Source: Eledone cirrhosa (Eukaryota). From it: DNA of 64,000 nucleotides. Each line of letters begins with the position of its first letter. The first letter of the stretch is position 1. The notes under the pieces were generated by a model. That model had not been told where the DNA came from, did no database searches, and saw only the letters and a program-made list of their open reading frames with translations. Below, piece by piece: positions 14,942 to 29,337 of this stretch. Both the position numbers and the translations under genes were made by a program. The stretch covers positions 34,860 through 98,859 of the forward strand of contig CAXHJY010001642.1 of the NCBI GenBank assembly GCA_964016885.1, in the 5' to 3' direction.

Positions 14942-15800
14942 TAATATACACATACAGGGGACTCAGCTGACTTTACCCTCTCACCAGTCTAGAAAAAAAT
15001 AAAACCTCGTTTGGGGGAAAGAAATCTATATTACAATCTTACATTCTTCTAATCACCAATTCTCTAGTTCTTATAGAATAGTTTTCAGTTTTGCTTCTGA
15101 AAGGTTTGATTAAACCAACCAGTTATATGATTTATTAAAACGTTATGCGTGTGTCTCTGATTAAAGTAAATTGTGTGAATATATATATATTATATGCGTG
15201 TGATGTAATGGTGATGAATGTGTTTATATATGTGTAGAGTGCTGATGTATATGTATGGTTGTGTATGATGTATATGTGTGGTTGCGTCGATATATGTATG
15301 TGTGGTTGTGTCTAAATATGTATGTGTGGTTGTGACTATATATGTATGTGTGGTTGTGACTATATATGTATGTGTTTGTGTCTATGTATGTATATGTTTG
15401 TGTCTATATATGTATGTGTGGTTATGTCTATATATATATATGTATGTGTGTTTGTGTCTATATATGTATGTGTGGTTGTGTCTATATATGTATGTGTTTG
15501 TGTCTATATATGTATGTGGTTGTGTTTATATATGTATATTTTTGTGTCTATATATATATGTATTTCTGTCTATATATATATATGTGTTTGTATCTATATA
15601 TGTATATGCTAATGTTCATATATAGTTGTGTGTTTCAGTATTTATATGAGTTGTGTGGTTGTTTGTATGTTTATGCTTGTCGGCGGGGATGTAATTGTAA
15701 CAGTGTTTATAAATTTATGTGTATTGTGTTTGTATGCAATTTTGTGTGGTAGTGTGGTTGGTGGTGTTGGATGCGTGTTTGGTGAAACGACGAATTGTTT

Positions 15801-15908
15801 CTAAGACGCTTTGGAAGAAGAAAAACCAGAAGAAGCAGAAGAAGCAGAAGGAGAAGATGATGGCATGTAGCTGTGGACGTTGATTTCAGTATTTAAAGCC
15901 CCTTGGGA
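15801..15908 (-). CDS. Candidate terminal coding exon of an unidentified host gene (SQGALNTEINVHSYMPSSSPSASSASSGFSSSKAS*)
   Basis: Acceptor ttcccacag| followed by an open phase-0 frame of 36 codons ending in TAG, in unique sequence. Confidence 0.4.
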   Translation of the reverse strand, partial: SQGALNTEINVHSYMPSSSPSASSASSGFSSSKAS

Positions 15909-16759
15909 CTGTGGGAATTATTTACAATTCTTCAGATTTTAAGCCTATTTAAAAGTGAAAGTGGCAAAAGCGTTCAAGTTGCTTTCAGCATAATAAGATT
16001 TAATGTAACAGCTTCACTCTCTCTGTCTACTCTCCTTCTCTCTAACCTTCTCTTCTCTTTTTACCCGCTCCCATTCTCTCTCTGTTTCTGTCTTTTTCCG
16101 TTCAACTTCCATCTCTGTCTTTTCCCACCCCACCTTCTCTTACAGTGTCGCTGTTCCCACATTTCGCTCTGTCTCCCCCCCCATTCTCTGTATTTTACTG
16201 CCTTCCCTTTCTTTTATTCACTTTCTATTTATCTCGTTATCTCTCGCTCCTCCTCAATGTTTATTCCTCTCCCATCCATCTCTCCCTCTCTTCCGTCCTA
16301 TCTCTTCCTCACATGCCCTAACTCTCTATCTGTTTGCGACCGTACTAATGCTCTAAGTAAATCTCTATTCTTATATACGCATCTCTCTTTAATTAATGTT
16401 TCGTTCTGAATATATTCATTTTGCAGTTATTTTTTTTTGGGGGGGGGGGGGGGGGGGTCAGGTCAATCAGGCATGTCATTAAGATTTTAATAAAGGTAAT
16501 TATACAGAAGAAAATACACACGCTCATACAGCCCTACACACACATACACCCACATCTACATCCCCTATACACATGTTGTTGGACTAACATACACATCACC
16601 GAGCATTCCATAGACATATAGAGCCGTTATATGAATTTGCTTTATTGATGTATATAAAGGATTTATACTATAGGCACAAGGCCAGGAATTTTGCATGACT
16701 GGTATTTTACTTTATCGACCCCATGAAAGACAAAGCTAACCACAGAGTAATTATAATAA

Positions 16760-17180
16760 TGGTTTGTTATATAGGCACAAGGCCAGCAATTTTTTGGGGC
16801 GGGGAAAGTCGATTAAATCGACCTCAGTACGTTACTGGTACATTATTTTATCGACCCCGTAAGGATGAAAGGCAAAGTTAACCTCGGCGGGATTTGAATG
16901 CAGAGCATAAAGGGCCGTAACTCTATGCTGCAAAGTATGGTGTCCGACTCTCTACCGACACTGCCAATCCACCGCCCGAAGAGTGATTTAATAATTGTTT
17001 TTACTTTTGGCACAAGGCCAGCAATTACCCAGTGCATTACTGGTACTTTATTTTATCGACCCCGTAAGGATGAAAGGCAAAGTTAACCTCGGCGGGATTT
17101 GAAATCAGAATGGCAAGGGCCGTAACTCCATATGTCAAAGTATGGCGTCCGACCCTCTACCGATACTGCCAATCCACCAA
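16760..17180 (-). mobile_element. Two tandem family-1 SINEs
   Basis: Two full copies of the SINE consensus. Confidence 0.9.
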
Positions 17181-17959
17181 GCAGTTTAATAGAAAAAGAA
17201 AAAAAATAGATTGAGAAGAAAGAATGGAATGAAAATAAGAAACTATAAAAACGGAAAAGAAAGGGAAAGGCAATGGCTTTAGTGTCGCAGAAGAATGAGG
17301 AGGGGGAAGGGGAGGGTGATGGGCTCTGGGCCTAGGGTGCAGCGGTAATGGGGTTGCACCCCGTGGCCAAAGTGGCGAAAGCATTCTCGCGCACAATGGC
17401 CACCCCCACCTCGCGGGGCTCCTTCCTTAGACTGGCCACGACGTTCCGATCTTGCGGAGGAGCTCGGAAGTACGGAGCCCAGGTACGTCTGAGGTCTCGA
17501 CGGCAACCGCGTAATATAGTTTCCAGGGTTTGACATGGCTGGTTCTTTGAACTATAGGTACAACTTATTTTTTGCCAGCTGAGTGGACTGGAGCAACGTG
17601 AAATAAAGTGTCTTGCTCAAGGACAGAATGCGCTACCGCAAATCTTGCCATCATTAGTAGAAAGATCTAACCACAAAGTTACAGCCCTTCCCTCTATACA
17701 CATGCACGTACGATGACATGGACACATGTGAATACATACATACAGTCATTTAATAATAAGTTTGCAAACATGTGCAAGCGTACACGTACATATATTCATA
17801 CATAAACACATGTACGCGAACACGCTCATTTACAATACATATTACTATGCACAGATTTACGAGTACAGTTACACACACACACGCGCACACACACACACAG
17901 AAAAACGCACACATATATAAATATGTGTAAGAGACACAGTAAAAATGCTCTCCTCAATC

Positions 17960-18139
17960 CACATTGTAAATGTCGTTGGTGTTAGGAACGGCATCCAGCC
18001 GTAGAAAACTTTACCAGAGACAGTTCCGTACGAGCGAGACACGGTCTCCCGACCAATCCCTCATCAAATGGAACAAAACCGTCTAACCTATGCTAACGTG
18101 GAAGATGGACGTTAAATGATGATGATGATGAGGATGATG

Positions 18140-18140
<1 letters not shown>
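17960..18140 (+). mobile_element. SINE/LINE 3' end with (ATG)n tail
   Basis: GGCATCCAGCCGTAGAAAAC...GGACGTTAAATGATGATGATG. Confidence 0.6.
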
Positions 18141-18195
<55 letters not shown>

Positions 18196-19757
18196 CATTC
18201 GTGGGAAAATGTTTAGTTGTGGGTAAAATATTTATTGATTTATAGTAAAATATTACATGGCTGGGGTAATTAACACTTGGTGGTATCCACTTTTCTCCAG
18301 GTCGGAACACAGCCAATTTCTTCCATAGAAATAGATAAATGGATAGATAAATAGATAGATAGAGGGAGAGAGGTAATGAGAAAGAGAGTTTAGAGGACGA
18401 ATCGTCCCAGATATTCAACTGGTATTTTATACATCGACCTCGAAAGGATGAAAAGCAAAGTTGACTTGAGCAGAATTTGAACTTCGAGTGCAATGAACCG
18501 TAACAAACACCGAGACACCCTAACGACTTTGCCTATTCGCGGCTTTTTTGTATTACGATAACAACAGTAAAAAACATTATTATTGTTCTCTAAATCCACC
18601 GAGTCAACTTGACCTTTCAGAAAATGGAGTATCATTAGTTTCCCTTTGAGTTACATGTTCCTCTTTCCGTTTACTTTAAACTGCTGCAGGCTGACAGCCT
18701 TCGTTTTGAATGAATGCGCTTTTTATTGCAATTGTCGATCCAAATCGACGAAAAACGTTCCGTTTCAACCATTGCGATGCATCTGTGTCTTGTTGCATAG
18801 CGAAAATTTCGATGAGGAAACGCTATTTTCGATATGTTATTTATAAAGGTTCGTGATCTGAATAATATTACGCACCGCTGATTCACCATCGATATATAGT
18901 GTGATCTCTTCTTTCTCTCCCTCTCGCCCTCTCTCTTTTAATATACATGCATACATATATATATATATATATATATATACAAACAAAACACGCGTTGTTT
19001 AGAAGACGGTGGCGATTGTAATTTTAAAATTCAATTAGCAAATTTCACTGTATTTTTTTTTTACTACAGAAATTAGTCTAATAACAGGGCGTATAAGGCC
19101 ACTTAACGGATATAAATGGCTATTAGTAACCGATATATATATATATATATGTATCATTAATACGCGTGTAAAGGTGGAATTTTAAAATCATTTTTAAAAG
19201 TTAAATTCATAGGGTTGATAATTACATGGATTTTACTTTTGAGGGGGGGGGGGGGGGGTTGAAATTCAAGCTAGAATCCAAAGTACCGTATTAGGAGCAG
19301 AAGCTCAACTGATCTCTAAACATATAAAAACAAAAACAACACAATGACTTACAGTAATAATACCGATTCTATGCATCAAAACACATGACCTAGTAAATAG
19401 CAAAATCCATAAACAAGACCGGGTAGCTCTTATGAATATTTACACTTGCTCTTTTACCATCAACAGATGTGTAGTGCTCGCTATTATATGATGTTTTACA
19501 TTAAGCACCAAATATTCGGCTGTAAGCAACAAGCATTCTAGCTATAGGGCAGCTTCAGTAAGATTGGCACCTTTTTGGGGTAAACTTTCAATTTCAAACA
19601 TGTATTTGCAATAAATTTATTACGATTTTGTGTTACTTCTACATACAGAATGATACCTTGACCCACAAATGTTTGACCTACTATCCGTGAAATACTAGGG
19701 TCAACATATATACGAGGTCTATGGAAAATTTCGGAATGTTTTACCCCAAATATAGGG

Positions 19758-19807
<50 letters not shown>

Positions 19808-19947
19808 CCGAGGTCAACTTTGCCTTTCATCCTTATGGGGTCGATAAAATAAAGTACCAGTAATGTACTGGTGAAATGCTGGCCTTGTGCCAAAAGTAGA
19901 AACAATTAATAATATTAATAAATGGGAAAATATCTTTATAAAACCAT

Positions 19948-20010
19948 ATTTATTTTATTATACGTATTTCAAGGGTACTAATATTTAAGTACGTTTCGTC
20001 AGATAAAATA
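19948..20010 (-). ncRNA. HHR, family A
   Basis: Minus strand: TATTTTAT CTGACGA ..GTACT..AGTAC.. GAAA TACGTA TA ATAAAATA; 8-bp stem I and palindromic stem III. Confidence 0.7.
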
Positions 20011-20011
20011 T

Positions 20012-20392
20012 AACTGTTTCTACTTTAGGCACAAGGCCAGCAATTATCCAGTGCATTACTGGTACTTTATTTTATCGACCCCGTAAGGATGAAAGGCAAA
20101 GTCAACCTCGGCGGGATTTGAACTCAGATCGTAAAGGGACGTAACTATGCTGGAAAGCATGGCGGCCGACCCTCTACCGATACTGCCAATCCATAAAATA
20201 TAATTGTTTCTACTTTTGGCACAAGGCCAGCAATTATTCCAGTGCATTACTGGTACTTTATTTTATCGACCCCGTAAGGATGAAAGGCAAAGTTAACCTC
20301 GGCGGGATTTGAACTTAGATCATAAAGGGAGGTAACTCTATGCTTCAAAGCATGGCGTCCGACCCTTACCGATACTGCCAATCCACCGCCAA
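20012..20392 (-). mobile_element. Two tandem family-1 SINEs
   Basis: Two consensus copies. Confidence 0.9.
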
Positions 20393-20463
20393 TCCATAAA
20401 ATATAATAATTGGTGTTAAGATAGTGACATATCTTCATGTGAACTTAATGGTATAAGTCCAAT

Positions 20464-20757
20464 TCATCAAATAATGGTAGTTAAAACGGGAATAAATCAC
20501 CATAATTATTGCATTATATATATTTCTGTTACATGGTTATTCATGTGACTTCGTCAGATGCTTACGCAATCATTAGTGCAGTTATGCAATAACTGTGATA
20601 TGCCGGTGGCCATGCACGTCCATCCAGTAGTGAAGTGGTTCGGCATCTGACGTAAGCATCTGACGAAGTCACATGAATAACCATGTAACAGAAATACATA
20701 TAATGCAATAAACAATTATGGTGATTTAATCCCGTCTTAACTACCATTATTTGATGC
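20464..20757. mobile_element. Fold-back element family D with two HHRs (20511-20561 minus, 20656-20706 plus)
   Basis: GCAT CTGACGA aGTcACATG..CATGTaACa GAAA TACATA TA ATGC; arms ~100 bp. Confidence 0.8.
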
Positions 20758-20879
20758 ATATATATATATATGTATATCAGATTACAAGTATTAGCAAGCA
20801 ATATCTATATATGTATAGGACCAGCAATATCATTAAGGCCATCTTGGCATCCAACTATGCCCTAGAACTCTGTCCAACT

Positions 20880-21800
20880 CTGATTATCTGACTATTTCTC
20901 ATTATTAGAAGAGTTGGAAAAGAGGAGATTGTGGATTACTGGACAGGAGAAGAAGGCATCTACCTTCCCAGAGAGCAGAATTCATCAGCTCTTGACCATC
21001 TCAGGCCAATTTCTCAACTGAATGTAGATGGAAATATATTTTTTGAGGTAATTGTCAGGCGAGTGACATCTGTTAAATACTGGTTACCACGGGGTGCATA
21101 GAACATGCGAACATGGTCTGGGATGCTATACTGATAGAACATTGAGTTGTGTGGCTTGATCTGGCAAATGCCTTTGGGTTATTTCCACATATACTGCTTG
21201 ATTTTGCCATGAATCTCTTCTGGATCGCTTCCGGGATAGGCACACTGATAATGAACTATTAAAAGTTACCACAAAGAACTTTACAACAGCATGACACGAG
21301 TTGGAAGTAATATTTCTGTTGGGTGCACAATGTCATTCATGTGGTTTGTACTTGGAATGGATGTCATCCTGCGAAGCACAAGTTTTCAAGACTCTTTTCA
21401 AGATTCTTTCCCCAAAGATAGCCTTCGTGTATAATGTAGCAACGTGGGCAAAATAAGTCAATGGTGAAAATACTGAACAGACTGGATGATCTAATTAATT
21501 GAGCAAGGATGCGTTTAAAGCAAATAAATCGCATAGTGTGACCGTTGTAAAAGGAAGGCAAAAGAAGGAAAGTATGAGGTTGCAGCAGAAGCCATGCCAA
21601 CGACAGCAGAGAAGTTTGTGAAGAGCCTAGTGAGGTTGTATTATGGGTTACTCAATGACAGAAGTAATGGACATAAAATCCAGAAGTGGACTTTCAACGA
21701 TAGACAGAACATTGCTACCAGGCAAGTTCAAGATTTGGTGTATGCAGTTTGCATTGACAACTGATTTTTTATGATATCGCACTAACACGTGTCTAAACCA
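20880..21800 (+). pseudogene. Degenerate RT of an RLE-type non-LTR retrotransposon (HERO-like)
   Basis: Hand translation across frameshifts: EGIYLPREQNS..LRPISQLNVDGNIFF, GCIEH, VVWLDLANAFG, GCTMS..FVLGM, ARM.FK..KS, LPGKFKIW. Confidence 0.8.
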
Positions 21801-21824
21801 TTGAGTGGAAATACAATATTTCAG

Positions 21825-22110
21825 GTCGTCAAGCAATGAGCACAGAGCAACGAACAAGCTTCAAAACTCCGTCAAAAGCACTGAGATTGCTGCAGCAAGT
21901 GTATGGAGATGAGACGATGTCACGCCCACGTGTTTTTGAGTGGTGCAAGAGGTTTAAAGAAGGACACGAGGACGTGGAAGATGACCCCAGGAGTGGAAGG
22001 CCCTCAACAAACAGGACTGAGGTCAACGTTGAGTGCGTCAGGCAGATGGTGCGTAGCGATCGTCGGCTGACTGTTCGACTGATGGCAAATGAGCTGGGCA
22101 TTTCTCACTC
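21825..22110 (+). mobile_element. Mariner transposase N-terminal (HTH) fragment
   Basis: LQQVYGDETMSRPRVFEWCKRFKEGHEDVEDDPRSGRPST...DRRLTVR..A.ELGIS. Confidence 0.92.
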
Positions 22111-22226
22111 TTAGTATGGCTGATACCTAAATATAAGTATGTATACGTACATACATATATGTGTACAGACGCACAGTAGTATGTATATATATATATATAC
22201 ATGCACACATATATATATATGTACGT

Positions 22227-22527
22227 ATGGATTTACCGAACATTTATTAAAATGTTCCGTATGCCCGGCTGACTAACTCACTCGATATGCAAATTAGGCT
22301 GCTCAGCCGTTAATATGCATAAGGAAAGTATATACTTTCAGACGTTCAATCATCTGACCGAAAGGTATACGATGCTGACGATAGCTAATAAGCTTAAAAC
22401 TAGTACATCGTTCCTGTGTCAGTGTTGAACAAAAGGGCGACGATGGTTGCCGAGCACTGTACGGCGTAATTCGGGCTGTTTGTTTACAAACACACCGAAC
22501 ATTATAATAAATGTTCGGTAAACCCAT
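22227..22527 (+). mobile_element. Retrozyme-like unit: hairpin - octamer - HHR - hairpin
   Basis: ACCGAACATT..AATGTTC.GT hairpin at both ends; ATGCAAAT at 22287-22294; HHR 22370-22410 CGATG CTGACGA tAGCT aata AGCTt aAAA CTAG TA CATCG (G12 mutated). Confidence 0.65.
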
Positions 22528-22609
22528 ACGTATATATATATATGTGTGCATGTATGTATATACATACTACTCTAACGTCTGTACACATATATGTATGTAC
22601 GTATACATA

Positions 22610-22651
<42 letters not shown>

Positions 22652-22761
22652 TATTGTATCCACTTCCCTTTATTAATTCTACAAATAAGATATATATTAA
22701 TTTTTTCCGCCAAAGGCATCAAAATCACTTTTACTAATATAAGTAGGGTGTGTGAACTACG

Positions 22762-23727
22762 TCTCGTCGTCATTGTCGTCGTTGTTGTCGTTGTTGTTGT
22801 TGTTGTTGTTGTCCTCGTCATAGTCATCGTTGTCGTCGTCGTTGTCGTCGTCGTCGTCGTCGTTGTTGGTGTTGTTGTTGTCCTCGTCATAGTCATCGTT
22901 GTCGTCGTCGTTGTCGTTGTTGTTGTCGTTGTTGTTGTCCTCGTTATGGTCGTCGTCGTTGTCCACGTCGTCGTTGTTGTTGTCGTTGTTGTTGTCCTCG
23001 TTATGGTCGTCGTTGTTGTCGTTGTTGTTGTCCTCGTTATGGTCGTCATCGTTGTCCACGTCGTCGTTGTTGTTGTCGTTGTTGTTGTCCTCGTTATGGT
23101 CGTCGTCGTTGTCGCTGTTGTTGTCATCGTCGTTGTCCACGTCGTCGTTGTTGTCGTTGTTGTTGTCCTCGTTATGGTCGTCGTTGTTGTCGTTGTTGTT
23201 GTCCTCGTTATGGTCGTCATCGTTGTCCACGTCGTCGTTGTTGTTGTCGTTGTTGTTGTCCTCGTTATGGTCGTCGTCGTTGTCGCTGTTGTTGTCATCG
23301 TCGTTGTCCACGTCGTCGTTGTTGTCGTTGTTGTTGTCCTCGTTATGGTCGTCGTCGTTGTCCACGTCGTCGTCGTTGTTGTCGTTGTTGTTGTCCTCGT
23401 TATAGTCGTCGTCGTTGTCGTTGTTGTTGTCATCGTCGTTGTCCACGTCGTCGTCGTCGTTGTTGTTGTTGTTGTTGTTGTCCTCGTCGTGGTCATCGTC
23501 GTCGTCGTTGTTGTCGTCGTTGTTGTTGTCCTCGTCGTGGTCATCGTCGTCGTCGTTGTTGTCGTCGTTGTTGTTGTCATCATTGTCGTTGTTGTTGTCG
23601 TCGTTGTTGTCGTCGTCGTAGTCGTCGTCGTTGTCGTCGTTGTTGCCCTCGTCATGGTCACCTTTGTCATTTTGGACGTCGTCGTCATCGTTGTGATCAT
23701 CGTCGTCGTCGTCGTCGTTGTCGTCGT
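22762..23727. repeat. Complex (GTC/GTT)n trinucleotide array with higher-order units
   Basis: Recurring GTCCTCGTTATGGTC and GTCCACGTC units; several low-complexity frames are open. Confidence 0.95.
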
Positions 23728-23919
23728 TTCTCTCTCGCTGTCACAGATGAGCTTGTACTTCACATTAGGTAGGTCCGTAGATGCCTTAATCCAGGCTCTG
23801 GAACGTGGATGACATTGCGGGACTTATGTGTAGCTTGGCTTGCAAACTTGGTCACCACCAGATATGGTCACCACCAGATATTCACTTAAAATATTCACAC
23901 GCATTCTCATCATGTATGA

Positions 23920-24125
23920 CAACACAAAGGAGAATCACAAAATAACAAGAAAAGTAGTCACTGTGGAAGTCACAGAATGTGTGACGAAAGAGCTTTGACA
24001 ATCAACAACTAAACAACCATCCGGTTATTAAACTAACCGACTGGAAGTTTATAATAAATTAAAGTGAAATTAACAAGTGCGTGTGTTTTTATTGACATCA
24101 CACTCCCTAAAGTATAACAATATAT
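23920..24125 (+). mobile_element. Family E pLTR fragment with degenerate HHR
   Basis: GTCA ctgtgga aGTCAC agaatgt GTGAC GAAA gagc TT TGAC; ends AAAGTATAACAATAT like 38160 and 52890. Confidence 0.75.
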
Positions 24126-24126
24126 A

Positions 24127-24182
<56 letters not shown>

Positions 24183-25702
24183 TGTGTGTGTTTTTTTTTT
24201 ATTTTGTATATCGAATAATATACGCTAAATGTACAGTAAACATTTGAAACCCTATAAACGTTTGAAGGGTGTGGCAAGGTGCCACCTAGCGATTTCCAGC
24301 AGAAGCAAGGGCAAATTACCGACAGCTGTCTCTGACTTAGTTTTAAAGCGAGGTAAAGGAGTGCATTACGTTGATAACGACCATAAGTCAGAAAGAGCAG
24401 TCGGTAATTTGCTCTTGCTTCTTCTAGAACTCGCTAGGTGGCGCCCTGCCACCACCTTTTAATATTCATAGTTAAAGGCTTTCAAATGTGTTTTCGTAAA
24501 CATACCGTATATTATTCGATGCACAACAGTTACATCCTTATATATATATATATATATGTATATACAGAGCTATGTTGGAGCGAACACGTTAATTATCATT
24601 GCTGTGGTATAAGTATGGCCAAATGTATTCGGTCGTTTTTCTTGGTGTTACACTTTATATTTTTGTGTTTTATCTTAGACGATAATGTTTAGCTTCTCAC
24701 TCCCTTAACTTCTTTGTGGTTGCCACAAACAACTCGATTTTACTTGCTATATGGCGGCTATAACTTCGATTCATACCCACTGGTGGATTGGCAATATTGG
24801 TAGAGGGTCGGACGCCATGCTTTGACGCATAGAGTTACGGTCCTTGCCATTCTGAATTTAAATGCCGCCGAGGTTAACTTTGCCTTTCATCCTTACGGGA
24901 TCGATAAAATAAAGTACCAGTAATGAACTGGGTAATTGCTGGCCTTGTGCCAAAAGTAAAAACAATTATTTTATATATATATAAGAAAAACGACCGTCAG
25001 TTCTTCCATCACTCGGCCTATGCACGAATATACAAGTATATATAATGAATATCTGTCAATTTCAACGAAGGGTGTTTCAGAACACCCTGTTTATTATATT
25101 AACGTTTAAGTAGCTGAACATTCCATAGACCTGTGGGCTGTTAACGTAATTTTCAGGAGAATTTAGTTCAAAAAAGTGTGAAAAGCCTATCCGACGGGCT
25201 GCTAAACAATTTCTGTCTTCTCAATTTCACACACAAGGTTTGGAATATCGCGAAGATACCATGCATAGCTGTGAAGACAACTCCTTAACAATTTGGATAG
25301 TTTTGCCTGTTATATACGGTTTCCAATTCGGGCACTAGGTCTGCAAGATTGATGTAATGGGAACGTTGATTATATCGAGCCCACTTTTCAGTCTACGGAG
25401 GGGGGGGGGGGCTTTTTCTCCATCAACGGCCCTAGTACTAATTCTTAAAGCTTGATGCTTATTTTATCGATCATTTTCATCGAGCCGCTAAGTTACGAGA
25501 CATATACTGAGACACATACACAAACGTAAACCAACACATAGCACTCATATATATATTAGAAATTTCAGTTGCAACACATTAATCAACCCGAAGATATAGC
25601 AGAAGTAGTAGGGACTTGCCCATTGCCCGAGGTGCAACGCAGTACGACTAAATTCGAATCCACATGTTTCCGAAGTGAGCTCCTTAACCACATACCCATA
25701 TA

Positions 25703-25801
25703 GAGCGTGTCCCAAAAAATGTATACACACTTTGATTACCTGTACAGAGAATATTTATTAGAAGGCTGTTGAAGTGTGTATACATTTTTGGGGACACATT
25801 G
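25703..25801. mobile_element. Tc1/mariner-type MITE (~100 bp)
   Basis: GTGTCCCAAAAAATGTATACACACTT / AAGTGTGTATACATTTTTGGGGACAC with TA on both sides. Confidence 0.75.
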
Positions 25802-27529
25802 TATATTGAGAGAAAGCAACTGCAAATCTTCTTTCATTAGTTCTTTTGATACCAACCAGCTGGCTTTTGTTCTATGAAACAAAGTCATCCATTTTAAAGA
25901 GTTCATATTTAAATCTAAATCTTCCAAAGTAATTTTATATAAGTATCATATGTTAAATTTTTATATTAGTAATGAAATGATAATTTTAATAAATCCATCA
26001 AAATTCTTCATTAAATCATTAAAACAAGAAATGTTTTAATAGAAATATTGTCACCTAAGGGTTAAGAAAAATAAAACAGTGGGTAATCACATTTGATCAT
26101 CTCAGAGATGCGTAATTATCGTCTGTGTCATCAGTCTAATTATCTTCTGTTTTTAATTGACAATAGTTTATTAACCAGAACTAAGAATGTTCAAACATTC
26201 AGACACGACGAGTTGATTAGATGTTAATGAAGATGAAAATCTGATAAGTAGGCGGAGATAAAAACATTGACAGTTGATGGTAGGAGGAGCTAAAGATGTG
26301 ATGTAGAACTAACAAGCAAAATGGTTGCTACATTGGTTGGTGTTAAGAAATGAAAACAATTTAACAGTTGACACACACTTACAGGCAAACTTGCAGCAAT
26401 AAACAGTTAAACACGTACACGCATACATATACACACCTGCTTACACACGTGTATATATATGCAAGCATACATAAATATACACACGTACATACATGCATAT
26501 ATATGCACACACACACACGTATATATACACACACACACATGTATATACACGCACACACATGTACTTCTTTGATTTGTGGTTTTCCCGGTCCCAGTAACGC
26601 AGACTATCAATATATATATATATATATATATTATAATTGAATATAAAAGAAAAACGAACACAGTTATATACATATGTGTGTTCAAATCGTAAGGGACCAG
26701 ATTCGCTAAGGTGAAAAGAATACTAACTATAGACAATAGGGTTTGCCAGACTCAATTTAAGAATAAATCAAGAAAATAAATACAAACCGGAATTGAGGTA
26801 ACTACCAATCACCCAGACAGCTTTGGTAATGCTGTTTCGCAAAATTAATTGTGAAGGGGAATGCCAATTCTTGCTCATCAGTGGGTGAAGAATTCGTATC
26901 CTATACACTTCTAAGTATATTAAGACACTGAATAGTGTGCTATATATAATAACGCACATGGTATCTTAGCGTGTCTCACAAACTCACACCACTAAAAATA
27001 GCAGCCAGGTTTATTCGACATTTGAATTAGCTCAACAAATTAACGGAGCCGAATATATCAAAGGTATACATGTGTGTGTGTGTGTGTGTGTGTGTCTGTG
27101 TCTGTGTCTGTGTGTATACGTGGTAATTGCAATTCTGTGCTGGGGATGCTGCTGTACTCCGTCCCCGAATGCAAGAGTTGATGTTTCATCAAGTGGTAAA
27201 TAATTCTGTAGGTGCTTCGGCCCCCTTCCACTGCGACACCATAGCTTCTAAGGGTCACCGACCACGGTAGGCGACGGAACTCCTGCGCAACAGCATAATA
27301 TTATATGAGTCTAGTGTTGTGACTCCGAGCGAGACATTTCCATACACTTCAATGTGTCAGGTGCACCATTCATCTCTCTTGAGCCAGATCAAGTAACTCG
27401 ATTTCTCAGCTGCTTCTGATAATTCCCTCTAAAGGTGTCTCCTTTCATTCATCATCTGCCGAAGGCCCCTGTGCTGTGAAAAAAATGTGATTCCGAGAAA
27501 TCATGTAACACCTACCTCTACAGGGAAAT

Positions 27530-27990
27530 ACGATGCCTCGCATGCCCTGGTTTCACATACTTCCTAGTCACTGTACTTCATATGTCACTGTACTTCCTAG
27601 CCTTTTCTGTTAAATGCATAGTTATTGTTCGCCTCCCAAGAGTCAGCAAGCTCCACCGTCCTCACCACCTTCATTCCCTTTCCACACCAGACGAGGTCGG
27701 TCTCTTGGTCATAAAAACGTCAAGTGGTATTTACTGCCAATACCATCTCACACCTTCCAAATTCTCTTCCTTCTTTCTTGTAATGGCTATCTTGCAGCGT
27801 TCTCCCTCTTTACAAAACTTCTTCTTGTCGTTTTGTGCTGCCTGCAGTCTCACAACGTTGTTCATCCTTTTCACCCTCTCTTCCACTGTATGGTCAGCAT
27901 GGTTCACTTTTTACTACATTTGTACTTCTCGATTATTGAATGGATAGACAATTCTATCGGACCACCATTCTTGTTAGAATCACACATGTA
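27530..27990 (-). pseudogene. Degenerate restriction-like endonuclease domain (HERO/R2-type LINE)
   Basis: Minus translation DLVWCGKGMKVVRTVELADSWEANNNYAFNRKARKYSD resembles PD..W....V..ELTVPWE....A..RK..KY. Confidence 0.65.
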
Positions 27991-28673
27991 AAGGTTTATG
28001 GCAAGCCATATATATATATAACTGGTTATGCACGAGGAGTGCATTAAGGTTTTCCAGGACACAGTGTTATGTACCGTGTAGGGGAAGGTCAGCTTACAAC
28101 AGAGTGGTGCTCAACGAAATGCAGAAAATAGGTGTATATTCCAGTTTAGCTATACTCCGGGGCGTGTATAAAGAATCAAAAAGAATAGAAAGATGCAGTA
28201 AAAGAGATTTATTCGGTTCTAACGTACGTTTCAATAGACATCAATTTGCATAGATTATATATATATATAAACCTACTAGCCTCTTTATCTATCTTTCTAT
28301 TCTCTTAGGGGTTGATGGTCAGTTGTACTGTCCATGTTTGGTGAGAGGTAGTATTGGGACCTGTAAATACTAACACTCTCCCATCCCCTCTGGCTTTCGG
28401 CTGACTGCCACAGACGGGATGGGTAGCAGTAAACTATGGTACAGGCCTGAATGGGTCATTGTTTGGCTGAGAGGGGGAACTGGCTAAGCGAATTTCGTTG
28501 AAATCTGCGGTAGCTAATGGTCAACTTCCTTCGGACATGCGCCTGCGCAGACCGGTGGGGGTGAATTGGTACTCATAAGGGAACGGATGAAGAACCCAAA
28601 AGCACACACTTCGTCCGTACCCATGTCGATTCAATTACAATTGCCTCGGAAACATAACCTTATTATGTAACAA

Positions 28674-28969
<296 letters not shown>

Positions 28970-29052
28970 TATATATATATACACATATATATATATACAT
29001 ATATATATATGTATTTATGTATATATATATAAATATATATATATATAAATAA

Positions 29053-29105
<53 letters not shown>

Positions 29106-29110
29106 AATAA

Positions 29111-29263
<153 letters not shown>

Positions 29264-29301
29264 CATGTGAGAAAAACCACAGACCCTCCATCTCAACTCT
29301 A

Positions 29302-29337
29302 CTTTTGAAAAGCAGAAGAACTGCGAAACCGGTAAAG
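29302..29337 (+). ncRNA. Variant minimal HHR (TTGAAAA core)
   Basis: CTT TTGAAAA GCAG aagaa CTGC GAAA CCGG TA AAG; homolog on minus at ~54430-54465. Confidence 0.6.

Noticed and set aside
17279-17536. GC-rich island as a coding exon
   Set aside because: No recognisable protein and no convincing acceptor; probably a repeat fragment.
22511-23812. 433-aa poly-Val and 398-aa poly-Thr ORFs
   Set aside because: Open only because of the trinucleotide array; no credible start or splice context. A mucin-like exon is not fully excluded.
27200-27295. HDV-like ribozyme at a LINE end (minus strand)
   Set aside because: Could not assemble the nested double pseudoknot by eye.
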